Assembly (NCBI GenBank): GCA_964642655.1
Contig: CAZXOY010000002.1
Coordinates: 41,866-105,865 of the forward strand
Direction of reading: 5' to 3'
From: an uncultured bacterium
GTDB lineage: Bacteria; Deinococcota; Deinococci; Deinococcales; Marinithermaceae
DNA length: 64,000 nt
Each line of letters starts with the position of its first letter. The stretch's first letter is position 1. Made by a program: the position numbers and the translations under genes. Shown one piece after another: positions 43,008-52,023 of the stretch. The notes beneath the pieces are model-generated. The model worked only from the letters and a program-made list of their open reading frames with translations, ran no database searches and was not told the DNA's origin.

Positions 43008-44180
43008 TTAGGGGGCCATGGGGTAGCGCAACTCGACGACCGCCTTTCCCGGCGGGAAGACCGGGTAGCGGGCGCCCGAGAGGTACTGGAACTGGAACCA
43101 GACCTCGCTGCCAAACCCCTGGTATTTGGTCTTTCCCGTACCCGAGGGCCCGAAACTCAAGGGACCGAACGGGGTATCCATCTCCACCTGGGCCAGGGCC
43201 GCCGCGATCGCAGGCTTCCCCTCACCCTGCGCCCGCGCCAGCGCCCGCGCGAGCGACTTCACGATCACGTACCCCAGCGGCGCCATGTACTCCTCGGTGA
43301 CCTCGCCGTACTTCTGCCGGTAGGCCCGGACGAAGGCTTTCGACTCCACGTTGGCCACGGTGGGCAACCAGGCGGTCATCCCGGCCACGCCGCTGGAGAG
43401 CGGGCTCTGCTCGAACCCCTTGGGCCAGGAGGGCGGGGCGCCGTAGATGAGCTTGGGGTTCAATCCGACCTCGCGCGCCTGGGCGGCGATGGGCAAAGCA
43501 TCCACGTCGTAGCCGATCCAGTAGAGAATATCGGGGCCAAAGGCCTTAAAGCGGGTGAGTATGGAGGTAAACTGACCCGAGCCCGCCTTATACGGCGCCG
43601 TTTGCACCGAGTAACCCATATCTTGGAGCTGCTTTCGGTAGACCTTGATGCCGGCAGACCCAAATGGCCCGTCCTCGTAAAGCACCGCCACCTTCTGGGC
43701 TCCCTTTTCCTTCCGGAGGTACTGGAAAAACCCAAGCGCCGCCTGAACGTTGTTGTAATCCCACGGGTGGTAGTGGAAGAAATAGGGATAGCCCTGGTAA
43801 GCATTCTCGACCACAGAGCTGGCCGCCCCGATCACCAAAAAGATCGGCTGATAGCGCTTGATGGGGCCTGCCAGGGCGTAAGTCACACCGGAGGACAGAC
43901 CACCGATCACGATGTCGACTTTGTCCACGGTAAGCAGCTTGGTGAGCGCCGGGACCGCTTTGGCGGGATCGGTGCCCGAATCGGCCACCTTAAGCTCGAT
44001 CTTGAACGCGCCCTTGGCGTTGATCTCGTCGACCGCGAGTTGGATTCCGCTCAAAGCGGCCTGACCGGAGACCGAAGCCACACCCGAAAGCGGCAGTAAT
44101 ACCCCCACCTTCACCGTCTTGGCCGCAAAGGCCATACCCAAGAACGCCGCCAGTATGAAAAACACCCCAACCTTTTTCAT
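43008..44180 (-). CDS. Periplasmic substrate-binding protein of the Liv-type ABC system (type I PBP fold)
   Basis: Signal peptide MKKVGVFFILAAFLGMAFA; Leu/Ile/Val-binding-protein-family body; 390 aa. Confidence 0.85.
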   Translation of the reverse strand: MKKVGVFFILAAFLGMAFAAKTVKVGVLLPLSGVASVSGQAALSGIQLAVDEINAKGAFKIELKVADSGTDPAKAVPALTKLLTVDKVDIVIGGLSSGVTYALAGPIKRYQPIFLVIGAASSVVENAYQGYPYFFHYHPWDYNNVQAALGFFQYLRKEKGAQKVAVLYEDGPFGSAGIKVYRKQLQDMGYSVQTAPYKAGSGQFTSILTRFKAFGPDILYWIGYDVDALPIAAQAREVGLNPKLIYGAPPSWPKGFEQSPLSSGVAGMTAWLPTVANVESKAFVRAYRQKYGEVTEEYMAPLGYVIVKSLARALARAQGEGKPAIAAALAQVEMDTPFGPLSFGPSGTGKTKYQGFGSEVWFQFQYLSGARYPVFPPGKAVVELRYPMAP

Positions 44181-44608
44181 TCCTCTCCTCTCCTTTCCTC
44201 GATCGGCTGGAAAAGCACCTTAGCCTCCCCTTCCAGCACCCGTTCCCCGCGCTGGTTGACGCAGATCGTCTCCAAGGTGAGCACCTGACCGCCATCGTCA
44301 CGATCCCGCACCTGGCGCACATAAGCCGTGGCGGTGACGGTGTCGCCAAGGTAGACGGGCTTTAAGAACTTCAGCGACTGCGCCAGGTACACCGCCCCCG
44401 TCCCCGGAAGCCGGGTACCGATCACCGTCGAGATAAGCCCCGCGGTCAAAATGCCGTGGGCGATGCGGGCGCCAAAACGGGTCTTGCGGGCGTACTCGGC
44501 ATCGAGGTGTAAGGGGTTGGTGTCCCCGCTCACGCCGGCGAAAAGCACCACGTCGGCTTCGGAGATCGTCTTCGTGAACGAAGCCCGGTCCCCAACCTGA
44601 AACCTCAT
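44177..44608 (-). CDS. MaoC-like (R)-specific enoyl-CoA hydratase / hot-dog fold dehydratase
   Basis: FAGVSGDTNPLHLD...IAHGIL hot-dog motif; start at ATG 44606-44608, forming ATGA with the upstream stop. Confidence 0.8.
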   Translation of the reverse strand: MRFQVGDRASFTKTISEADVVLFAGVSGDTNPLHLDAEYARKTRFGARIAHGILTAGLISTVIGTRLPGTGAVYLAQSLKFLKPVYLGDTVTATAYVRQVRDRDDGGQVLTLETICVNQRGERVLEGEAKVLFQPIEERRGEE

Positions 44609-45354
44609 CGCCCCACCTCCGAAAACGCCATCCGGAGCATCTCCCCAAGCCGCGCCGGGGCCTCGATCATCGGGCTGTGACCGACGCCCTCGAGGACCCA
44701 AAGCCGCCCCTTTGGAAACGCCTGGGCGGTCGCCTCGGCCATCTCGGGGGTGATGAGCGCGTCCTGATCCCCGCGTATGACAAAGACAGGTTTGGCGTAG
44801 GTCGCGGTTTGGCCCTCCACGCCCCAGGAGGCAAGCGCCTTGGCATTGCCGGCAAACCCCGCCGGGTGCATCCCCTGGGCCAGGTCAACCAGGCGCTCGA
44901 AGTACGGGGGCTTCCGGCTCGGCATCGTCGCCGCCAGCGCCTCGGCCAGCGCCTGCCGATCGTCGCGGTAGCCCTCGAGGATGGGGTAATAGGCCTCGGG
45001 GGTGGGATATCCCCCGGGCGGCGCGGAGTCCAACAAAACGAGGGCTGGGAAGCGATCGGGCTCGCGCAGGGCAGCTTCCATCACCACCGCGCCGCCGAGC
45101 GAGTGGCCCACCAGTATGGGGGTTCCGAGGCCGAGCCGGTCGATGAAGCCAAGGAGCACCTGGGCATAGATCGGAATGCTGGGCACGAAGCCTTGCGGGG
45201 CCTCACTCTCGCCAAAACCCGGAAGATCCGGGGCGATCATCCGATACCCTGGCCACTTGAGGCCCAGGATCTCCTGCCACCATGCCTTGCCGGCAAAGTT
45301 GCCGTGCACCAGGACCACCGGTTGCCCATTGCCTGTTTCCAGATAGCTAAGCAT
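44605..45354 (-). CDS. Alpha/beta-hydrolase
   Basis: GHSLGG nucleophile elbow, HG oxyanion motif (VVLVHGNFAG); start at ATG 45352-45354. Confidence 0.75.
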   Translation of the reverse strand: MLSYLETGNGQPVVLVHGNFAGKAWWQEILGLKWPGYRMIAPDLPGFGESEAPQGFVPSIPIYAQVLLGFIDRLGLGTPILVGHSLGGAVVMEAALREPDRFPALVLLDSAPPGGYPTPEAYYPILEGYRDDRQALAEALAATMPSRKPPYFERLVDLAQGMHPAGFAGNAKALASWGVEGQTATYAKPVFVIRGDQDALITPEMAEATAQAFPKGRLWVLEGVGHSPMIEAPARLGEMLRMAFSEVGR

Positions 45355-46153
45355 GATCCGCCTCCAAAAATTCCCGAACCGCACCGAAAAACCGCTGCGG
45401 GTCCTCGAGGGGCGCGAGGTGACCGAGGCCCTCGAGGACCAAAAAGCGCGCACCGCGAATGGCGCTGGCCGTCTCCCGTCCGTAACTCGGGGGAAAGAGC
45501 AGGTCGGCCTCCCCCGAGAGCACCAGGGTCGGGACCTCAACCTTCGCGAGCGCCGGGGTGAGGTCGCCAAGGGTGAGGAAGCCGTCGAGAAGCCTTTCCT
45601 GCGCAGCCTCCGTCGGGGCCATGGCCCGTGCCTCGGCCAGCGCTTCTTCGCTCAACAGCCCGGGGTTTTGGGCCAAGAACCGACGCCCGTAAAGCCAGGG
45701 CAGCGCCACCTTGAGCCTGAGCTCGGTCCCGCCCACGGTCAAAGCCGCTCGCCAGCTCTCAACCTTGGCCCGAACGAGCGGGTCGAGCCGCGAAAGCGTC
45801 GCCGCCAGGATGAGCCTTTGGAGCCCGGACGGGCGCCCACTGGCAAACACTTGCGCCACCACGCCACCGTTGGAAAGACCGAGTACGCTGTAGGTTTCGA
45901 TGCCCAGGGCTTCAAGCAAAGCTCGAAGGTCGGCGGCGTGCACCTCCGGGGTGTAGATGCCGGGCGGGGCCAGAGAGTTCCCTTGGCCGCGCATGTCATA
46001 GCGGAGCACGCGATACCCTTCCAAAAAGCCGAGCAGGGGCGTCCAATGGGTCGTTTTCTGGAAGATGCCGTTCAAAAGCACCAGCCAGGGCCCGTGCCCG
46101 TCGGTTTCGAAATAGAGGCGGATGCCACGAACCTCAACCGTCGGCACGTTCAC
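45347..46153 (-). CDS. Alpha/beta-hydrolase (second, non-identical paralogue)
   Basis: GLSNGG nucleophile elbow; 268 aa. Confidence 0.75.
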   Translation of the reverse strand: MNVPTVEVRGIRLYFETDGHGPWLVLLNGIFQKTTHWTPLLGFLEGYRVLRYDMRGQGNSLAPPGIYTPEVHAADLRALLEALGIETYSVLGLSNGGVVAQVFASGRPSGLQRLILAATLSRLDPLVRAKVESWRAALTVGGTELRLKVALPWLYGRRFLAQNPGLLSEEALAEARAMAPTEAAQERLLDGFLTLGDLTPALAKVEVPTLVLSGEADLLFPPSYGRETASAIRGARFLVLEGLGHLAPLEDPQRFFGAVREFLEADHA

Positions 46154-47624
46154 CCCCGTAGCGCGCCGCGATCTCGCGCTTTAGGATCTTCCCGGCGCCC
46201 GATTTGGGCAGCGACGGCAGAAAAACCCACCGCTTCGGCACCTTGTAAGCGGCGAGACGCGTCTTTAAGAAATCCTTCAACGCATCTTCGTTGGCCTTGG
46301 CCCCGGGCTTGAGGACGACCGCGGCGAGGCCCACCTCGCCCCACTTGGCATCGGGTACGCCCACCACCGCGGCCTCGAGCACGTCCGGGTGATCGTAGAG
46401 GACCCGCTCGATTTCAGCGGGGTAAACATTCTCCCCGCCAGAAACGAACATCTCCTTTTTCCGTCCCACGATGTAGTGCCGACCCGCCTCGTCGCAATAC
46501 GCCAGATCGCCGGTGCGAAGCCAGCGCCGACCCTCAGCCTCTACAAAGACGGCGGCGGTTTCATCCGGCCGCTCGAAATACCCCTGCATCACCACCGGCC
46601 CCGAAAGCCAAAGCTCGCCCACCTCCAAGGGGCCAAGCCGCTCGCCGCTCGAACCGGCGATCCGGGTCCAAAGGTGGAGCACCGGCCGGCCCACCGCCTC
46701 GGGGTAGGCCTCGGCTTCGTCGAGGTCAAAGGCAAAGCAGTTCACCCCGGCTTCGGTGAGTCCGTAGCCCTGCTTGAACCGGACACCGACGCGACGAAAG
46801 GCCTCGCGTACCGGGGCTGGACAGGGCGCCCCTCCGGAAATCGCAAAGCGAACGCTGGAAAAGTCGGTCCGGGCAAAATCCGGATGTTGGGCCAGCATCT
46901 GAAACATGGTGGGCACCATAAAGAGCACCGTGGGCCGGAACGATGCGACCCAGGCCAGATACTCGCCGGGATCAAAACGCTCCTCGATCAAGACCTCGGC
47001 CCCGAGGTACAAAAGGGGCGTCGTAAGGGCGTGGAGGGCGGCATGGAACATCGGCGTGGCCACGATGTAGCGGTCGCTCGGGGCAAGCCCCCAGGAAAAG
47101 ACGGTGTTCTTGGCATTGATCAAGAGCTGCCGATACGGGATCATCGCCGCTTTTGGCCTGCCGGTGGTGCCGCCGGTAAAGAGCAGCATGACGAGGTCTT
47201 CGGGGCCAAGCCTCGGCGAGGCAAACGCCACCGTTTTCCCTTCGGTGAGGACCGAAAGTGGCAGCGCACGGGGCCCCAAATCCTTGATCCGATCCCCAAA
47301 CTCATCGGCATAAAAGAGCCACTTGGGACGCACGTAGGCCACCAGATCCGCGATCTCGGGCGGCGCCAGCCGCCAGTTGAAAGGAACGAGAACGTGGCCG
47401 AGGCGCGGGGCCGAAAAAAGGAGGTCAAGGTAGGCCAGGTGATTGGGCGCCAAAAGCCCCACCCGGTCCCCCGGTTCCACCCCCAGTGCCGCCAGGCGAC
47501 CGGCGGTTTTTTTCGCTCGCGCCTCCAGGTCGCGGTAGGTGTACCACCGCCCCCGGAAGTGCACCGCACGGCGTTCCGGGTGGTAAGCCGCGAGGCGGGC
47601 GATGAGATCGAGGTTGAGTTCCAT
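46134..47624 (-). CDS. AMP-dependent acyl-CoA synthetase/ligase (medium-chain type)
   Basis: LFTGGTTGRPKAAMIPY (A3), GYGLTEAG (A5), YRTGDLAY...GRKKEMFVSGGENVYPAEIE (A7/A8), GKILKREI (A10). Confidence 0.85.
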   Translation of the reverse strand: MELNLDLIARLAAYHPERRAVHFRGRWYTYRDLEARAKKTAGRLAALGVEPGDRVGLLAPNHLAYLDLLFSAPRLGHVLVPFNWRLAPPEIADLVAYVRPKWLFYADEFGDRIKDLGPRALPLSVLTEGKTVAFASPRLGPEDLVMLLFTGGTTGRPKAAMIPYRQLLINAKNTVFSWGLAPSDRYIVATPMFHAALHALTTPLLYLGAEVLIEERFDPGEYLAWVASFRPTVLFMVPTMFQMLAQHPDFARTDFSSVRFAISGGAPCPAPVREAFRRVGVRFKQGYGLTEAGVNCFAFDLDEAEAYPEAVGRPVLHLWTRIAGSSGERLGPLEVGELWLSGPVVMQGYFERPDETAAVFVEAEGRRWLRTGDLAYCDEAGRHYIVGRKKEMFVSGGENVYPAEIERVLYDHPDVLEAAVVGVPDAKWGEVGLAAVVLKPGAKANEDALKDFLKTRLAAYKVPKRWVFLPSLPKSGAGKILKREIAARYGGERADG

Positions 47625-48620
47625 CTACGCCTCCCTCCGGAAAACCGCAGCCCCCCAGTGGTAGCCGACCCCGGCCACCGCGCAGGCCGCGAGCCCACCT
47701 GGGGGAATCCGACCGTCCTCGAGGGCCAGCTTGAAAGACAAAATGGGGTCCAGCTGGCCCAAATGACCGTAGCGCTCGAGGTAGATGCTCTTATCTTCCC
47801 CCAGACCGAGCCCTTCGAGCACCGCCGCGTGGGCCGAGCGTTTCATGTGCAAAAGGGCGAGATAGCTGAGCTCTCGGGCCTCGCACCCCGCCTCGCGCAA
47901 TGAAGCCTCAATGACCTGCAAAAAGTTGGGCAGGCTCACCTGGGCCAACCGCGCTTTCAGCCATTCCGGATCGGTGACCTTGAGGCGGTACTGGTCGAGG
48001 TTCTCCCGCGTGAGGGGGTTCCGCGTGCCGCCCACCGGCACCAGAACCGCCTGCGCCAGCGACGAATCGGTAAGCAAACGGGCAGAAAGGAGGCGGAGTC
48101 CTGGGCCGTCCCGGCCAACCACCACCGCACCCCCTGCGGCCCCCAGGTCATACATGAAACGCACGTGGGGATCGCTGTAGTCGATCAGATCCCCGTTGCG
48201 GTAACCGCCGGCGATAAGGACCTTCCCCGCCCGGCCCGTGACCAAGAGCCCCTCGGCCAGGAGCAAGGCGGTGACGAAGCTCGCGCATTTTTGATTCACG
48301 TCGAAAGCAAATGCGTGCTCGGCCCCGATTTCCTTCGCGATATAAGCGGCGCTCACCCACACCGGGTAGTCCTTGTGCTCTTCGGTGATGGAGATGACGA
48401 CGTCAACCGCCTGCGGACGAACACCGGCATCGGACAGCGCTTCTTCGGCGGCCCAAATGGCCATCGCCGCGGGGTGATCGTCGGGTCCGGGCACTGGCTT
48501 TTCCAAAATCCCCAGCTTTTCCCGGACCACCCACTCCGGAAGGCCGCTTTTGCGAGCGATGTCCGCCGCGTCCATCCGTGACTCCGGTAAGTAAACCCCA
48601 AGCCCCTCGATCAAAACCAT
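47625..48620 (-). CDS. KASIII (FabH)-like thiolase-fold condensing enzyme, first gene of the operon
   Basis: FabH-like N-terminus (VLIEGLGVYLPESRMDAADIA), Cys in AFDVNQKCASF aligning with FabH C112, His in LLHMKR, C-terminal GVGYHWGAAVF; the position of the FabH Asn (HGNTSAAS) reads YGHLGQLD. Confidence 0.8.
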   Translation of the reverse strand: MVLIEGLGVYLPESRMDAADIARKSGLPEWVVREKLGILEKPVPGPDDHPAAMAIWAAEEALSDAGVRPQAVDVVISITEEHKDYPVWVSAAYIAKEIGAEHAFAFDVNQKCASFVTALLLAEGLLVTGRAGKVLIAGGYRNGDLIDYSDPHVRFMYDLGAAGGAVVVGRDGPGLRLLSARLLTDSSLAQAVLVPVGGTRNPLTRENLDQYRLKVTDPEWLKARLAQVSLPNFLQVIEASLREAGCEARELSYLALLHMKRSAHAAVLEGLGLGEDKSIYLERYGHLGQLDPILSFKLALEDGRIPPGGLAACAVAGVGYHWGAAVFRREA

Positions 48621-48664
48621 CCGATTGATTCCCCTTCGCTTTGGCCTAACCCTAGCAAACCCCT

Positions 48665-48686
48665 GTTACAAACCCGTTACACACCC
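48665..48686. promoter_or_regulatory. Tandem direct repeats GTTACAAACCC / GTTACACACCC with exact 11-bp register (SARP-type binding-site architecture)
   Basis: Repeats at 48665-48675 and 48676-48686 in the 102-bp gap between the divergent KASIII-like operon and the SARP-module regulator. Confidence 0.4.
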
Positions 48687-48722
48687 GGGGAAAAGCCCGC
48701 CTGCTAAACTGCGGGAAAGCCG

Positions 48723-51356
48723 ATGCGCTATTTCATTCCCGCGACCCGACTTTTACCCCCGCGGATCCCCCACGAGGTCCGTAGGCCCAGGGTGCGTAAT
48801 CTCCTTTTTTCTCGCTGGCAGGAAAGCCCGGCCGTGATCCTGGCCGCTCCAGCCGGCTACGGTAAGTCGGCGCTCCTCGCACCCCTGGCCGAGGTCTGGG
48901 TCACCCTCGGGGAAGAGGCTCGCGACCCCGCAGTGTTCGTCTGGCACCTGCTCGCCGCCTACCGGGACCGGATCCCGGGCAAAACCGTTGAGGCCAGGCT
49001 CATGGGCGGAGACTGGCCGGGGGCCGCGCGCGCCCTGGCCGAAGCCCTCACCACGCTGCCTCCCCACACCCTGGTCCTCGACGAGGCGCACAAGGCCCCG
49101 GCCCGCGAAGGGCTATCGATCATCAAGGCCCTCCTGAACACCCCCGGGCTCCGGCTGGGGCTCGCGGGACGGCGGGCGGCGCCGTGGGAAGCGCTGGCCA
49201 GCGTCATCGGGCCCGAGGCCCTGGCGTTCGACCTCGAGGAGGCGCTCGCCCTGGCTCGGGCGCTGGCGCCGAGCATGGCGGCGTTCGACGTCGAGCGGGC
49301 CTGGCGGCTGGTGTCGGGATGGCCGCTGGGGCTTCGGGTGCTGCTGCGCTGCGCCGCCCGAGGCATGCTGCCGGAACGGGCCGTCTTCGAACCCCCGGAA
49401 CCCGAGAGCATCAGCGCCTACCTCCTGGCCGGCCTCGAACCCGAGATGGCCACGCTGGCCGCCCGTGCCGCGGCCTTCACCGAAGTCGGGCCCGAAGAAG
49501 CCGAGCGACTGGGCTTCGAATTCGAAGCGCTGGAAACCCTGGCCGAAGACCTCCTCCTCGAGCGGGTGGGGCAGCGCCTACGCTTTCACCCCCTGGTTCG
49601 TTCAGCCTTGCTCCGCACGCTCCCGCCCGAAGAAGCACGTTCTTTGGTCATCCGGGCCGCGAAACACAAGGGCGGCATCGAAGCCGCGGTGCACCTGATC
49701 GAAGCTGGCAGGTATCACGAGGCCGCCGAACGCCTCAAGGCCGAAGGCACGCGCTGGTTGGAGCAAGGACTCAACCACAGCGTGCTGTACCTGACCGACC
49801 GCCTCACCGGTCACGCCGACCTCACCCTTCTCCGCGCCGAAGCCTTGCGGCAAGCCGGGCGCTACGCCGATGCTGAAGTTTTGTTTCTCGAGGCCGCACA
49901 GCAGGGCCAGGCCGAAGCGCACTTCGGTCTGGCCCGGCTCTACCTGGACACCGTCGAACCCGCCAAGGCCTGGCCACATCTCCGGGCCGCCCGCGACCTG
50001 TTCCCCTGGGAAAACGTCAGACCGCTCTGGGCGGAAAACGCGCTCAACGCCGGGCGGATCGGTGAAGCCTTAAAACTCGGCGCCCAAGGGCCACGGGCGC
50101 TTTTGCGCAGCGGCCGGGTTGAGCTGGCGCTTGCGGCGGTACGAGAAATGGACGAGACACCGCCCCCCCGACCCTCGAAAAACCACCGGGAAGGACGCCT
50201 TTTGCTGGCCCTGCTCGAGGCGATCGCCGGCGATGCCAAAGCCGGGCTCACGGCAGCCGAGCACGCCCGGGCCCGGGGCGAGGAACTCGGTAGCCCCTTC
50301 GTGGTGGCCTTGGCCGAGGCCCGGAGGGGGCACGCGCTTTTGGCCATGTCGCGCTGGGACGATGCCGGGGCCGCCTACCGCCAGGCCCTCGCCCTTTCCG
50401 AGGGAGGACCGGCCCGGCTCACCGTCGAAGCCCTCGCCGGGCTTGGCAGCCTCGGCGACGACCGGGCCCTCGAGGAAGCCCTCCGTTTGGCGGAGGCGAG
50501 CGGCGATGCCTGGGTCCGAGCGTTCATCTCAACAATGGCGGCCTACGCCCGGCTGCGCCAGGGCAAAGGCTACCCCCTCGCCTTTCCCCCGAGCGAAGAT
50601 CCTTTCCTCGACGCACTGGCCCGGGCGTACCCTTGGCAGCCCGGGGACGTCGGTCTCCTCGAGCGCCACCCCTTTCTCCTGAACGCCACCCTGTTTGCGC
50701 CGCCCATCGAACGCAGCCGCCACGCGCTCTGGCAAGCGGGAAAGCTCGAGGTCGACCATCATCCGGGGGTGTGCGTCGAGATCCAGGCCCTCGGGCCTTT
50801 CCGCGTCCGGGTGAACGGCCAGCCGCTTCGCTTCAAACGGGCAAAGGCCCGCCTGCTCCTCGCGCTCATGGTGGCTGGGGTTGAAGGGAAGACGGCGCTG
50901 ATGGAGGCCCTCGAGGTCTCATCGGGAGAATTTCGGGTCCTGTGGTCGGAGCTCTTGCGCCTCCTCGAGCCCGGACGTCCACCCAGGAGCCGGGGTTACT
51001 TTCTGGCTCCCTACCGACTCGTCTCCCGCCCCGAGCTCAGGATCGACCTTTGGCAAAGCGACGTCTCGCCCGAAACCCAGGCCGAGAGCGACCGGGAACC
51101 CTTTGCCGACCTCGATCATCCGAGACTCGACGAGGCCCGCATCGCCTTCAAGGAAAAGCTGAGGCAACGCCTCATCGATCGAGGCACGGTCCGGTCTCTG
51201 CTGCTCGCCGTAAAGCTCGATCCTCTCGACGAAGCGCCTCTTGAGGCCCTGGAACACCTGGGAGACTCGCGGGCCTATCGGGAAGCACGTGAACGCCACG
51301 AGCGTGCGCTCCGCTCGCTGGGCCTGGAACGCGCCGATCTCGGCGGGCTCGCTTGA
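48723..51356 (+). CDS. Large STAND-type transcriptional regulator: MalT-like NTPase N-terminus + TPR-like middle + C-terminal SARP module (OmpR-type wHTH + BTAD)
   Basis: N-terminus is MalT-like (RPRVRNLL...AVILAAPAGYGKSALLAPL Walker A); C-terminus matches the SARP pattern (ALGPFRVRVNGQPLRFKRAKARLLLALM...GYFLAPYRLV), followed by a BTAD-like helical domain; 877 aa. Confidence 0.8.
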   Translation: MRYFIPATRLLPPRIPHEVRRPRVRNLLFSRWQESPAVILAAPAGYGKSALLAPLAEVWVTLGEEARDPAVFVWHLLAAYRDRIPGKTVEARLMGGDWPGAARALAEALTTLPPHTLVLDEAHKAPAREGLSIIKALLNTPGLRLGLAGRRAAPWEALASVIGPEALAFDLEEALALARALAPSMAAFDVERAWRLVSGWPLGLRVLLRCAARGMLPERAVFEPPEPESISAYLLAGLEPEMATLAARAAAFTEVGPEEAERLGFEFEALETLAEDLLLERVGQRLRFHPLVRSALLRTLPPEEARSLVIRAAKHKGGIEAAVHLIEAGRYHEAAERLKAEGTRWLEQGLNHSVLYLTDRLTGHADLTLLRAEALRQAGRYADAEVLFLEAAQQGQAEAHFGLARLYLDTVEPAKAWPHLRAARDLFPWENVRPLWAENALNAGRIGEALKLGAQGPRALLRSGRVELALAAVREMDETPPPRPSKNHREGRLLLALLEAIAGDAKAGLTAAEHARARGEELGSPFVVALAEARRGHALLAMSRWDDAGAAYRQALALSEGGPARLTVEALAGLGSLGDDRALEEALRLAEASGDAWVRAFISTMAAYARLRQGKGYPLAFPPSEDPFLDALARAYPWQPGDVGLLERHPFLLNATLFAPPIERSRHALWQAGKLEVDHHPGVCVEIQALGPFRVRVNGQPLRFKRAKARLLLALMVAGVEGKTALMEALEVSSGEFRVLWSELLRLLEPGRPPRSRGYFLAPYRLVSRPELRIDLWQSDVSPETQAESDREPFADLDHPRLDEARIAFKEKLRQRLIDRGTVRSLLLAVKLDPLDEAPLEALEHLGDSRAYREARERHERALRSLGLERADLGGLA

Positions 51357-51376
51357 AAACACGAACCAAGAACTGA

Positions 51377-51397
51377 GGACGGGGCAGAACCCCGTCC
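51377..51397. terminator. Bidirectional hairpin between the regulator stop and the tRNA-Val 3' end
   Basis: GGACGGGG-cagaa-CCCCGTCC. Confidence 0.5.
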
Positions 51398-51400
51398 TGA

Positions 51401-51477
51401 TGGTGGGCGGTACTGGACTTGAACCAGTGACCTCCCGCTTGTAAGGCGGGCGCTCTGGCCAGCTGAGCTAACCGCCC
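51401..51477 (-). tRNA. tRNA-Val (anticodon TAC)
   Basis: Reverse complement folds as a canonical 77-nt cloverleaf: GGGCGGT acceptor, GCTC/GAGC D-stem, CCCGC-CTTACAA-GCGGG anticodon arm, ACTGG-TTCAAGT-CCAGT T-arm, encoded CCA. Confidence 0.9.
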
Positions 51478-51568
51478 GCGCACCGATAGCTTACGGGAGG
51501 CCGGGGCCTTCATACAAGACACGACCCGAGGGTGACAGATTCCGACCTCGGCGCTAAAATGGGGGTTT

Positions 51569-51932
<364 letters not shown>

Positions 51933-51933
51933 A

Positions 51934-51955
51934 AGGCGGGCCATTTGGCCCGCCT
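51934..51955 (+). terminator. Hairpin terminator after rnpB
   Basis: AGGCGGGCC-attt-GGCCCGCCT. Confidence 0.55.
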
Positions 51956-51977
51956 TGATCGTGCCTTGACCTTTTAG

Positions 51978-52023
51978 GTGGGAAAAGGTGGGAAGCTTCC
52001 CCGCTATAGTGGGAAGATGTGGT
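51978..52023 (+). promoter_or_regulatory. Candidate MraZ operator: four GTGG(G/T) direct repeats in two pairs with 10-bp spacing, flanking a TATAGT -10 element
   Basis: GTGGG at 51978, 51988 and 52009; GTGGT at 52019; 60-100 bp upstream of the mraZ ATG. Confidence 0.45.
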
